A stretch of DNA of 64,000 bases. Origin: an uncultured Frankineae bacterium. Its GTDB lineage: Bacteria > Actinomycetota > Actinomycetes > Mycobacteriales > SCTD01. Below, in pieces: positions 15,875-24,539 of this stretch (positions are counted from its first letter, which is position 1; each line of letters begins with the position of its first letter). The stretch covers positions 972 to 64,971 of the forward strand of contig CADCUB010000131.1 of assembly GCA_902805775.1 (NCBI GenBank). Reading direction: 5' to 3'. Made by a program: the position numbers and the translations under genes. The notes beneath the pieces were generated by a model. That model worked only from the letters and a program-made list of their open reading frames with translations, was not told the DNA's origin and did not search any database.

Positions 15875-16651
15875 GTGTCCAAGCGCATCACGCTCGACCA
15901 CGTGCACGCCTACTACGGGGCGTTCCACGCGATCGACGACCTCTCCATGGTCATCGAGGACCGGTCGATCACCGCCTTCATCGGCCCGTCCGGCTGCGGC
16001 AAGTCGACCGCGCTGCGGACCATCAACCGGATGCACGAGGTGATCCCCGGCGCCCGCGTCGAGGGCCGGATCGCCCTGGACGACGAGGACGTCTACGCAC
16101 CGGGCGTCGACCCGGTCGACGTGCGCCGGCAGGTCGGCATGGTCTTCCAGCGGCCGAACCCGTTCCCGACCATGTCGATCTACGAGAACGTCATCGCCGG
16201 GCTCAAGCTCAACGGCCGGCTCAGCAGGTCGGCTGCGGACGACGTCGTCGAGGAGTCGCTGCAGGGCGCGAACCTGTGGAACGAGGTCAAGGACCGCCTC
16301 GACCGGCCCGGCGCCGGCCTGTCGGGTGGTCAGCAGCAGCGCCTGTGCATCGCGCGTGCGATCGCGGTCAAGCCGCAGGTGCTGCTCATGGACGAGCCGT
16401 GCTCGGCGCTCGACCCCATCTCGACCCTCGCGATCGAGGACCTGATGGAGGAGCTCAAGAAGGACTACACGATCGTGATCGTCACCCACAACATGCAGCA
16501 GGCGGCGCGGGTGTCGGACCGGACGGCCTTCTTCAGCATCTCCAAGACCGGCGACCCCGGCCGGCTCGTCGAGCTCGACGACACCCCGAAGATCTTCAGC
16601 AACCCCGGCGAGAAGCGCACCGAGGACTACATCACCGGGCGCTTCGGCTGA
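15875..16651 (+). CDS. pstB: phosphate ABC transporter ATP-binding protein PstB
   Basis: 258 aa with Walker [10 protein letters not shown], signature [14 protein letters not shown] and Walker B LLMDEP. Confidence 0.95.
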   Translation: MSKRITLDHVHAYYGAFHAIDDLSMVIEDRSITAFIGPSGCGKSTALRTINRMHEVIPGARVEGRIALDDEDVYAPGVDPVDVRRQVGMVFQRPNPFPTMSIYENVIAGLKLNGRLSRSAADDVVEESLQGANLWNEVKDRLDRPGAGLSGGQQQRLCIARAIAVKPQVLLMDEPCSALDPISTLAIEDLMEELKKDYTIVIVTHNMQQAARVSDRTAFFSISKTGDPGRLVELDDTPKIFSNPGEKRTEDYITGRFG

Positions 16652-16767
16652 GCCTGGCTGCTGGGCGCTGCGGCTGAGGGTCACGGCCCGGCGCTCCCGT
16701 CCTCGGGCCACCGGCAGACGCTCCCGGCCCGGCGGTCGCGGCGCACGTGTGCGCGGCGGCCGGTCGC

Positions 16768-17523
16768 TCAGGTGCCGGCGGGGACCCGGTGCAGCGCCAG
16801 TCGCGCTCCGGCGGGGACGTCGGTGATGACGGCGTCCGTCCCCAGCGCGGCCAGCCGGCGCAGGGCGCGTCCGCGGTTGACCGTCCAGGGCACCACCGCC
16901 ACGCCGACGGCGTGCGCCGTCGCGACGGTGGCCGGGTCGCGCAGCAGCTCACCGACCTGGGGGTGCACCTCGTCGAAGCCGCTGTCGAGCGCGGCGCGCA
17001 CGAGGGCGGCCGGCGGGTCGCCGACGTCACCGAGCAGTGCGGTGCGCAGCCCGAGAGCAGCGGGCGCGGCATCGCGCACCGCCTCGACGGCGTCGCGCGC
17101 GAACGACGACACGGTGACGTCGAGGGCGACCCCGGTCCTGCGCAACGCGGCCAGCGTCGCGACGAGGACCTGCGCGGTCTCCGCGACCCGGCCCTGGGGC
17201 GGCCGCTTGACCTCGAGGACCGCCCGACGGCCGTCGAGGGCGACCAGGAGCTCCTCGGCGCGGGCCAGAGCCACCCCGCGGTAGGCGCAGCTGTCGCGCA
17301 GCACCTCCCAGCGGCTGTCGGCGACGGTCATCGGCGAGCCGGTGATGCGCAGGAGCGTCGGGTCGTGGGAGACGACCAGGACGCCGTCGCTCGACAGGCG
17401 GACGTCGACCTCCGCGCCGTCCGCGCCGGCGGCCAGACAGGCCCGGAGGGCGGGCAGCGTGTTCTCGACGGGACCGTCGACGGACGCGGGACCAGGCATG
17501 CCACGGTGGGCGAGCAAGCGCAC
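16768..17523 (-). CDS. glycerophosphodiester phosphodiesterase
   Basis: ORF 16768..17625. It has LAHRG...ENTLPA...GADGAEVDVRLSSDGVLVVSHD. The start is uncertain: GTG at 17523 is favoured, GTG at 17625 is possible. Confidence 0.8.
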   Translation of the reverse strand: MRLLAHRGMPGPASVDGPVENTLPALRACLAAGADGAEVDVRLSSDGVLVVSHDPTLLRITGSPMTVADSRWEVLRDSCAYRGVALARAEELLVALDGRRAVLEVKRPPQGRVAETAQVLVATLAALRRTGVALDVTVSSFARDAVEAVRDAAPAALGLRTALLGDVGDPPAALVRAALDSGFDEVHPQVGELLRDPATVATAHAVGVAVVPWTVNRGRALRRLAALGTDAVITDVPAGARLALHRVPAGT

Positions 17524-17659
17524 GACAGGACCGTCCCCGGCGCGGATGTCGGGCGGCCGACACCGAGGTGGCCGGGACGAGGACGTTGCTGACCGGGATC
17601 GCGACCCGCTGAGAAGGGGCGTCACGCTTCGTCACCCCTGCTGACGAGCGCGGCAGCCG

Positions 17660-18166
17660 TCAGCCGGGCGGAGCCAGCACCGCCCGCAGCCGCTCGGCCG
17701 CGCGCTCCGAGGCCGCACGCCCGAGGTCGACCGCGAGCACCGCGCGCCAGTCCCGCGCCCGCTCGGAGGTCACCCGACGGTGGCAGTTGGCGCAGCGCAC
17801 CGAGCACTTGGCGATCTCGGCCTCGATGTCGCTCCACCGCCCGCAGGCAGCCACCAGAGCGGCGATGTCGGCCCGCTTGTCGCTGCCGCTGTCGTGGTCG
17901 AAGTCGAGGACCCGCACGTCGGTCTCGCCGCAGTCGACGCAGGGGTGTGCCCGCAGGTGAACCCCGATGCGCCTCTTGTACTCCAGCCGGGTCGCGACGG
18001 TCCGGCGGGCGACGTTGGCGCGGTGCTGCTCGCGATGGGCGACGTACCAGGCCCGGGAGCAGGCCCGGCACCGTGACTGCAGGCCGTCGGGCGCCGCACG
18101 ACGGACGTTGAAGTCGGTCAGTGGACGCAGCTCGTGACAGGTGCAGCAGCGCTTGGTCGCGTCCAT
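17660..18166 (-). CDS. HNH (His-Me finger) endonuclease-like protein
   Basis: ATG at 18166 inside ORF 17660..18319. It has the Cys pairs CCTC...CRAC and CVDCG...DFDH...K...CANCH. The upstream part of the tracked ORF is just read-through translation of tRNA-Lys. Confidence 0.65.
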   Translation of the reverse strand: MDATKRCCTCHELRPLTDFNVRRAAPDGLQSRCRACSRAWYVAHREQHRANVARRTVATRLEYKRRIGVHLRAHPCVDCGETDVRVLDFDHDSGSDKRADIAALVAACGRWSDIEAEIAKCSVRCANCHRRVTSERARDWRAVLAVDLGRAASERAAERLRAVLAPPG

Positions 18167-18201
18167 GGCACGACGGTCCCACCGACCTCCGACAGATCGA
18201 G

Positions 18202-18274
18202 TAGGCCGTGTCGGGCTCGAACCGACGACCCGCGAATTAAAAGTTCGCTGCTCTACCAGCTGAGCTAACGGCCC
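18202..18274 (-). tRNA. tRNA-Lys (anticodon TTT)
   Basis: Hand-folded cloverleaf: GGGCCGT/ACGGCCT acceptor stem, anticodon loop CTTTTAA, T-loop GGTTCGAGCC. Length 73 nt. Confidence 0.9.
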
Positions 18275-18351
18275 GCTCGGAGCGTACGCGCCGCGCGGGC
18301 ACCGCACCTCCCGCAGCAACTCCGCCTGCTCCGTGCGGTAGGCAGGAGGTC

Positions 18352-19851
18352 ATGAGGCGTTCACGCCGCGGCTGGCTGCTGCTGGTGCTCGAGCTGGCCG
18401 GGGTGGGCACGCTCGGCGCGCTGCTGGCCATCGCCGTCGCCGGGACGGTGGTCCGCGACGTCGGTCCGTTCCAGGCCGCGCTGTCGTTCGCACCGTCCCT
18501 GACCGGTGAGACCCAGGTCGCGGTGCCTCCGCTCGGTCAGCTGCAGCTCGACACGCACGACAGCCCCGTACGGCTCGAGGTCGGCATCACGCAGCTGCGC
18601 ACCGACGCCGCGCGCACCATCGCCACCGACCCCACAGCGCTGCGGGGGCTCGGCGCCGACGTCGACGGCGACCTCCGGGCCGGCGTACGGGAGCTGCTGC
18701 TGCGCACCGTGGTCGTCACGGTCCTGGGCGCCGCGGCGCTCGGCCTGCTGGTCTTCCGGCGGCTGCGCCGGACGCTGGCCGCTGCGGCGTCCGGCCTCGG
18801 GGCCCTGCTGATCCTGGCCGGGCTGACCGTCGTCACCGCGGACGACCGCGCCCTGTCCGAGCCGCGCTTCACCGGTCTGCTCGCCTCCGCGCCCGGAGCG
18901 GTCGGCGACGTCCGCGACATCCTCGCCAACATCGACGCGTACGGCCTTCAGCTCGGCCGCCTGGTCGTCAACGTCACCGAGCTCTACACGGTCACCAGCT
19001 CGCTGCAGACCTTCGTCCCCGACGACGGGACGCTGCGGGTGCTGCACATCAGCGACCTGCACCTGAACCCCACGGCGTACGACATCGTCGAGTCGGTGGT
19101 CGAGCAGTTCCGCGTCGACATCGTCGTCGACACCGGCGACAGCACCGACCTCGGCACCCCGGCGGAGACCCGCTACCTCGACGGCATCGCTCGCCTGGAC
19201 GTGCCGTACGTCTGGATCCGCGGCAACCACGACAGCCGGATCGTCCAGGACGCCGTCGCCCGCCAGCCCAACGCCACCGTGCTGGACGGGCCGGAGGTCG
19301 TCGAGGTCGGCGGCGTCCGCTTCCTCGGCCAGGGCGATCCGCGCTTCATCCGCGACGCGCAGACGCGTGGACAGGCCCCGCCGGAGGTGCTGGAGCTGGT
19401 CGGCGAGCAGCTGCGGGAGGCCCACGACGACGCCGAGGACAAGCCGCACCTCGTCCTCACCCACGACCCGGCGTCCGCGGGCCCGCTGCTCGGCGGTCCG
19501 CCGGTCGTCCTGGCCGGGCACACCCACGAGCGCAGGAGCGAGACGAGCGAGGGGACGACGCTGCTGGTGCAGGGCTCGACCGGCGGCGCGGGACTGCGCG
19601 CCCTGCGCGGCGAGGAGCCCACCCCGGTCACGCTGTCGGTGCTCTACCTGGACCCCGACGACAAGCAGCTGCAGGCCTACGACGACATCACCCTCGGCGG
19701 GATCGGCTCCAGCGAGGTCCGGATCAGCCGTCAGGCCGTCGCCGAGCCGACCGAGCCGGGCCCGCCGGCCGCCACCCCGCCGGCGACCACCCCGCCGGCG
19801 ACCACCCCGCCGCCCGCCGGGTCACCGTCGCCGCCACGCACCCGTGGCTGA
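18352..19851 (+). CDS. membrane-anchored metallophosphoesterase
   Basis: It has N-terminal TM segments and the calcineurin-like motifs HISDLH, DTGD, RGNHD and GHTH. The tail is Pro/Thr-rich (PATTPPATTPP). Confidence 0.8.
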   Translation: MRRSRRGWLLLVLELAGVGTLGALLAIAVAGTVVRDVGPFQAALSFAPSLTGETQVAVPPLGQLQLDTHDSPVRLEVGITQLRTDAARTIATDPTALRGLGADVDGDLRAGVRELLLRTVVVTVLGAAALGLLVFRRLRRTLAAAASGLGALLILAGLTVVTADDRALSEPRFTGLLASAPGAVGDVRDILANIDAYGLQLGRLVVNVTELYTVTSSLQTFVPDDGTLRVLHISDLHLNPTAYDIVESVVEQFRVDIVVDTGDSTDLGTPAETRYLDGIARLDVPYVWIRGNHDSRIVQDAVARQPNATVLDGPEVVEVGGVRFLGQGDPRFIRDAQTRGQAPPEVLELVGEQLREAHDDAEDKPHLVLTHDPASAGPLLGGPPVVLAGHTHERRSETSEGTTLLVQGSTGGAGLRALRGEEPTPVTLSVLYLDPDDKQLQAYDDITLGGIGSSEVRISRQAVAEPTEPGPPAATPPATTPPATTPPPAGSPSPPRTRG

Positions 19852-19931
19852 GCCTGCGGCGTCCGCTATGCTCTGCGTCGTCTCCGACGGCCAGACGGCG
19901 GCGGCACGCTGTCCGGCCTCGGTCGGGAGCG

Positions 19932-20004
19932 GTCCCCATCGTCCAGCGGCCCAGGACTCCACCCTTTCAAGGTGGCTACGCGGGTTCGAATCCCGTTGGG
20001 GGCA
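19932..20004 (+). tRNA. tRNA-Glu (anticodon TTC)
   Basis: Hand-folded. Anticodon arm CCACC-CTTTCAA-GGTGG and T-arm GCGGG-TTCGAAT-CCCGT. Length 73 nt. Confidence 0.9.
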
Positions 20005-20039
20005 CAGCACGGCACGACACGCATCACGGCCTGTTCCTA

Positions 20040-20113
20040 GGCCCCGTAGCGCAGTTGGTTAGCGCGCCGCCCTGTCACGGCGGAGGTCGCGGGTTCGAGT
20101 CCCGTCGGGGTCG
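20040..20113 (+). tRNA. tRNA-Asp (anticodon GTC)
   Basis: Hand-folded. Anticodon arm CCGCC-CTGTCAC-GGCGG. Length 74 nt. Confidence 0.9.
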
Positions 20114-20124
20114 CAGCACCATCC

Positions 20125-20197
20125 GGTCAGGTAGCTCAGCTGGTAGAGCACACGCCTGAAAAGCGTGGGGTCGGCGGTTCGATCCCGTCCCTGACCA
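20125..20197 (+). tRNA. tRNA-Phe (anticodon GAA)
   Basis: Hand-folded. Anticodon arm CACGC-CTGAAAA-GCGTG. Length 73 nt. Confidence 0.9.
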
Positions 20198-20496
20198 CTT
20201 CTCACACCGGCTGTGACCTGCGGTTCTGAGCCGCACCAGCGGCCCTTGGCAGCCGAGCCCACGGTCGACATGGCCGCCCCAGGTCCGCCAGCGCACACCG
20301 GCAGACGCGTCCGTGTCACTCACGGCTGTCCCGCCCGGACGACGCCTGTGCGCCCGTCACGGGTCCACGGAACGGCGAGAGCTGTCGATCGGATGGACTC
20401 CGGCTCGGGCGAGAAGGCGACGACGTCGCTGAGGGGAGCCGTCAGCCCTCGGACGAGCGGACGCGCGCCTGACGGCTGCAGGCTGCGGCGTGCGTG

Positions 20497-21492
20497 TCAG
20501 CGCACGGCGAGGGTCCAGGGGACGGGGTCGACGGTCGTGGCCAGGCCGGCGGCGATGCGTGCGCAGGTGGTGCCCTGGTCGAACAAAGACTGGCGCACGC
20601 TGGAGAAGCCGAGCGCGCTCGCGACCTCGCTGTCGTCCCACCCGCTCACCCGGGCCGACGGGCCGAGCGCGTCGAGGGCACCGGCGGCGAGCTGGTCGCT
20701 CATGGCGAGCACGGCGTCGGGGTGGAAGTCCTCGAGCGCAGAGGCGACGGCCTCGCGGCCGCAGTCGCGGCTGTGCCGGGCGACCACAGCGACCGGCACG
20801 TCCGCCCACCGGCGACCGGCGTCCTCGACAGCGTCCCGATAGCCGGCGAGCCGGGTGCGGGTGACCGGGAACGGCACGTCGGTGGGCGGTCCCCAGAGCA
20901 GTCCCGCCCGACGATCGCGGTCCAGCGGGTGCGAGAGCACGAGAGGTGCCTGCGCGTCGCTGAGCATCTGCGCTGCGATGGCGCGCGCCGCGCTGCGGTC
21001 GTCGGCGGCGACCAGCTGCACGCCGGGCCGGGCCGGGCCGCCCTGGATCGCCGCGGGCCGTCCGGTCGCGGCGACGGCGTCGAGGACGGGGTCGTCGTCG
21101 ACGGTCGTCCAGAGCACGAACCCGTCGACCGCCGCCTCGTGCACCCGGTCGACGTCATCGGGCTCGCCGGTGCTCGGGATCAGCACCAGTCCGAGTCGGT
21201 GCTGCACGCACACGCGGGACACGCCGGCGAGGAAGCGGGCCGCCTGCGGATCTTCGAAGGCGTAGGTGAGGTGCTCCCCGAGCACCACGCCCAGGTTCCC
21301 GGTCGAGCCGCTCCGCAGCGACCGGGCCACCGGGTCGGGACCGCGGTAGCCCAGCCGCTCGGCCGCCTCGAGCACCCGGGCGCGAGTCGTCGGCGCGACG
21401 CGCTTCGGGCGGGTGTAGGTGTAGCTCACGGTCATCACCGCCACGCCGGCCTCGGCGGCGACCTGCCGCATCGTCACGCGGGACGGCTTCAC
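20497..21492 (-). CDS. LacI family transcriptional regulator
   Basis: It has the HTH motif VTMRQVAAEAGVAVMTVSYTY and a periplasmic-binding-protein-like effector domain. Confidence 0.85.
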   Translation of the reverse strand: MKPSRVTMRQVAAEAGVAVMTVSYTYTRPKRVAPTTRARVLEAAERLGYRGPDPVARSLRSGSTGNLGVVLGEHLTYAFEDPQAARFLAGVSRVCVQHRLGLVLIPSTGEPDDVDRVHEAAVDGFVLWTTVDDDPVLDAVAATGRPAAIQGGPARPGVQLVAADDRSAARAIAAQMLSDAQAPLVLSHPLDRDRRAGLLWGPPTDVPFPVTRTRLAGYRDAVEDAGRRWADVPVAVVARHSRDCGREAVASALEDFHPDAVLAMSDQLAAGALDALGPSARVSGWDDSEVASALGFSSVRQSLFDQGTTCARIAAGLATTVDPVPWTLAVR

Positions 21493-21508
21493 GGGTCGCA
21501 GCCTAGGT

Positions 21509-21524
21509 TGTGTAGCGTTACACA
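21509..21524. promoter_or_regulatory. LacI-type palindromic operator
   Basis: TGTGTAGC|GTTACACA, with 7 of 8 symmetric positions and a central CG. It lies between the divergent lacI-family and MFS genes, abutting the MFS GTG start. Confidence 0.5.
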
Positions 21525-21525
21525 G

Positions 21526-22710
21526 GTGCGCACTGCAGCCGCCTCGTACAGCGCCTTTGCCGCCTTCGGCGCGTTCTGGGGCACCTGGGGCGCCGCTCTG
21601 CCGGCGCTCCGCAGCGCCGCCGGCGTCGAGGAGGCCGAGCTCGGCGCCGCGCTGCTGTTCGTCGGCCTCGGGGCGCTGCCCGCCATGCTGCTGACCGGCC
21701 GCCTCGTGGACCGCTTCGGCACACGCACGGCCGGCTGGCTGCTCCTCTCACTCGCCCTCGCGGGACTGCTGATGACCGCGACGGCGCGTGACCTGCCGAC
21801 CTTGGCCGCCGGGATGGCCCTGGTCGGCGCGACGTCCGGCGCCGCCGACGTCGCCGCCAATGCACTGGCCGGCCTCGCGGAGCAGCGTTCCGGACGCCGA
21901 GTCATCACCCTCGCCCACGGGGTCTTCTCCTCCTTCGTCGTGATCGGCAGCCTCGGCACCGGAGCGCTGCGCGCCGCGGGCGCCGAGGTCCTGACGCTGT
22001 TCGCCGCTGCGGCTGCGCTGATGGCGGTCGCCGGCGCGATGGTGCTCGTGCTGGCGGACGGACCGGCCCCGGCGGCACCGCCTCGCTCCGGACGCCGGCG
22101 CGACAGCGCCCGGCTTGCGCTGCCGCTGGTCGCGGTCGGGCTCATCGGGGCCCTCGCCTTCGCCGCGGAGAACGCCCACCAGAGCTGGAGCGCCCTCTTC
22201 CTGACCGACGAACTGGGAGCAGGGGCAGGCCTGTCGGCCGTCGCGCCCGCCACCTTCGCGGGCTCCGCGGCGGTGACCCGCTTCGCCGCCGGCGTCCTGA
22301 CACGCGTCCCGCCCGACCGGCTGCTCCTCGGCGGAGCCGGCGTGGCCCTGCTCGGCACGCTGCTCGTCAGCGCCGCTCCGAACGTGCCCAGCGCTCTCGC
22401 CGGCCTGAGCCTCGCGGCGGCCGGCACGTCCGTGCTGTTCCCGACGCTGCTGAGCCGGGCCACCCGCGACGTGCCGGAGAGCCGACGCGGACGCGCCACC
22501 TCCGCCATCGCGACCACCGCCTACCTCGGCTTCGTCCTCGGCCCGGTCTACGTCGGCGTCCTCGCCGGCGCAGTCGGACTGCGCGGCGCCATGGCAGGAG
22601 TCGCCCTGCTGCTCGCCGCCTTCGCGCTGCTCGCCCTCCCCGTCACCCGCCGTGCAGCACGAGCCACAGCAGCCGCGGAGGGACGCGGTGTCCCGCTGGC
22701 CAGCCGGTGA
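21526..22710 (+). CDS. MFS transporter
   Basis: GTG at 21526 in ORF 20494..22710. About 12 hydrophobic segments and Ala/Leu/Gly-rich composition. Confidence 0.8.
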   Translation: MRTAAASYSAFAAFGAFWGTWGAALPALRSAAGVEEAELGAALLFVGLGALPAMLLTGRLVDRFGTRTAGWLLLSLALAGLLMTATARDLPTLAAGMALVGATSGAADVAANALAGLAEQRSGRRVITLAHGVFSSFVVIGSLGTGALRAAGAEVLTLFAAAAALMAVAGAMVLVLADGPAPAAPPRSGRRRDSARLALPLVAVGLIGALAFAAENAHQSWSALFLTDELGAGAGLSAVAPATFAGSAAVTRFAAGVLTRVPPDRLLLGGAGVALLGTLLVSAAPNVPSALAGLSLAAAGTSVLFPTLLSRATRDVPESRRGRATSAIATTAYLGFVLGPVYVGVLAGAVGLRGAMAGVALLLAAFALLALPVTRRAARATAAAEGRGVPLASR

Positions 22711-23222
22711 GGAAGGCTGTGCCCGTGATCGCGGTACGCCTGGCGGGCCACGACGACGAGCCTGCCCTGGCTCGGATCGACCTGGCGACGTGGACGGCGG
22801 CCGTGTCACCCGCTCCCGCACCGGTTGACGCCGACGCCTACCGGTTCTTCACCGACCGGACCGTGGCGTGCGACGTGCTCGTGGCGGAGGTGGACGGCGA
22901 CGTCGCCGGCTGGGTGAAGGTGCAGTCCCCGACGCCCTTGCTGTCGCACGCGCACGTGCTGCAGATCGGCGGACTGGCCGTCGACCCCGCCCACCAGGGC
23001 GCCGGTGTGGGTCGCCGGCTCGTCGAGGCAGCGGTGCAGGAGTGCCGCCGTCGTGGGGCGCGCAAGGTCACGCTGCGCGTGCTCGGCCCCAATGCTGCCG
23101 CACGCGCCGTGTACGAGAGCTGTGGCTTCCAGGTCGAGGGCGTACTGCGCGAGGAGTTCCTGCTGCAGGACCGCTACGTCGACGACGTCCTCATGGCTCG
23201 CCACCTGACGGCCGTCCCGTGA
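22707..23222 (+). CDS. GNAT family N-acetyltransferase
   Basis: It has the acetyl-CoA motif QGAGVGRRLVEAA and the motif YESCGF. The GTG overlaps the MFS stop (GTGA). Confidence 0.8.
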   Translation: MRKAVPVIAVRLAGHDDEPALARIDLATWTAAVSPAPAPVDADAYRFFTDRTVACDVLVAEVDGDVAGWVKVQSPTPLLSHAHVLQIGGLAVDPAHQGAGVGRRLVEAAVQECRRRGARKVTLRVLGPNAAARAVYESCGFQVEGVLREEFLLQDRYVDDVLMARHLTAVP

Positions 23223-23460
23223 CACGGTCGGCCTGCGGGACAGGGCAGCTCGTCGCGTCGACGGGCAACGAGCTGACGAGGCTGGACACCGTCGCCGAGG
23301 ACACTCCGGCAGGGCGCGCACCTCGGCAGTGCTGACGGGCTCAGCCCGAGGCCCTCCTCGAGGGGCGGGCACGAGCCCGAAGCGACCGCCCCGACCACCT
23401 GGCGAGTGGAGAGGACCGCCGTCGTCCCACGTCCGCTGAGCGGGCTCGACGGCACCACGC

Positions 23461-24213
23461 CTACGAGGCCGGGCGGAGCCGGTACACCGACACGTGCGAC
23501 GGGGACTCCGCCGTGAACGGTCCGCCGCTCCAGTCGCCGTGCCGGGACTCCAGCTCGAAGCCGGCCAGCTGGCCCATCAGGTCCAGCTCGCCGGGCCACA
23601 CGTAGCGGTGCGGGCTGCGGAACACGCGGGCCCGCGTGCCGGCGCCGAACTCGAAGTGGTGGGAGACGACCTGCTGGTCGAGGACGTCGATGGTGTCCAC
23701 GCCGACGTAGCCGGGCCGGGTCGCGATGACGCTCGCCGACTTGCCCGGCGGCAGGGCCCTGAGCTCCGGCACCCACAGCTCGATGACGAAGCGACCGCCC
23801 GGCTGCAGATGACGCGCGGCGTTGCGGAAGCACGCCACCTGCTCCGCCTGACTCAGCAGGTTGGAGATGGTGTTGAAGACGAGGTACACGAGCGAGAACG
23901 AGCCCGGCGCGCGGGTGCTGGCCATGTCACCGAGGACGACCGGGATCGTCTGCTCGTCGGCCTTGGTGCGCAGCTGCTGGACCATCGGCGCGGACAGCTC
24001 GATGCCGGTGACCGGCACGCCGCGGGCCACCAGCGGGATGGCGACCCTCCCCGTGCCGATGGCGAGCTCGAGCGCCCGACCTCCACCGGCGAGCTGCGCG
24101 AGCCGGTCGACTGCGGGATCCAGCACCTCGGGGGCGAACATGCCGGTACCGGGGGTGTCGTAGCGACGAGCGGCTTCCTCGTCCCAGATCTCCTCCTGCC
24201 GCACGGGAGACAC
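23461..24213 (-). CDS. class I SAM-dependent methyltransferase
   Basis: It has motif I ALELAIGTGRV and the post-I motif GIELS. GTG at 24213. Confidence 0.8.
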   Translation of the reverse strand: MSPVRQEEIWDEEAARRYDTPGTGMFAPEVLDPAVDRLAQLAGGGRALELAIGTGRVAIPLVARGVPVTGIELSAPMVQQLRTKADEQTIPVVLGDMASTRAPGSFSLVYLVFNTISNLLSQAEQVACFRNAARHLQPGGRFVIELWVPELRALPPGKSASVIATRPGYVGVDTIDVLDQQVVSHHFEFGAGTRARVFRSPHRYVWPGELDLMGQLAGFELESRHGDWSGGPFTAESPSHVSVYRLRPAS

Positions 24214-24279
24214 CGTCGCACCACAGCCGCAGCGCGTCCACGTGCTTTCCGCCGGTCTCGACCGGCCTTGCGTGCGCAC

Positions 24280-24489
24280 TCAGCGGCTGCGGCTGTCGAG
24301 GGTGTCGACGATGTGCTCGGCCAGCACCGGTGGGGTGGCGACTGCACCGTCGAGCGCGAGGTCGCCCGGAAGGTGTCGGCGGCCGCGCTCGAACCGGTCG
24401 TGGTCCTCCCGCAGGAAGTCCGGGTCTCTCGAGAACCCCCGTGCCGGGTCCTGCCGAGCCCGCTCGACCCCGTGCGGCCACGGTGTCAC
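24280..24489 (-). CDS. hypothetical 69-aa protein (possibly a kinase C-terminal remnant)
   Basis: ORF-track entry with about 87% GC3 by hand count. I recognise no family. Confidence 0.3.
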   Translation of the reverse strand: MTPWPHGVERARQDPARGFSRDPDFLREDHDRFERGRRHLPGDLALDGAVATPPVLAEHIVDTLDSRSR

Positions 24490-24539
24490 GCTCGCCCGGC
24501 TGCCTGATCAGCAGCGGCCCCGTGCTGGAGGATCCGCGC

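Noticed and set aside
16730-16760. GCGCACGTGTGCGC near-palindrome between the convergent pstB and glpQ-like genes, considered as a terminator.
   Set aside because: It is not a true palindrome when reverse-complemented, and a 6-bp stem with a 2-nt loop is sterically implausible.
17660-18319. The N-terminal 51 residues of the tracked 219-aa ORF (…LAQLVEQRTFNSRVVGSSPTRP…).
   Set aside because: That segment is simply the translation of tRNA-Lys. The real CDS starts at the internal ATG at 18166.
19822-20323. Small minus-strand ORFs 19822..20010, 20059..20319 and 20075..20323.
   Set aside because: They run antisense through tRNA-Glu, tRNA-Asp and tRNA-Phe. The DSNPR/GSNRRP-type peptides are classic tRNA read-through artefacts.
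23223-23460. A 238-bp gap between the convergent GNAT and methyltransferase genes, checked for a small gene or RNA.
   Set aside because: There is no ORF with coding-like bias. Only weak GC-rich hairpins are present (for example CCCTC-ctc-GAGGG), and these are expected by chance at this GC content.
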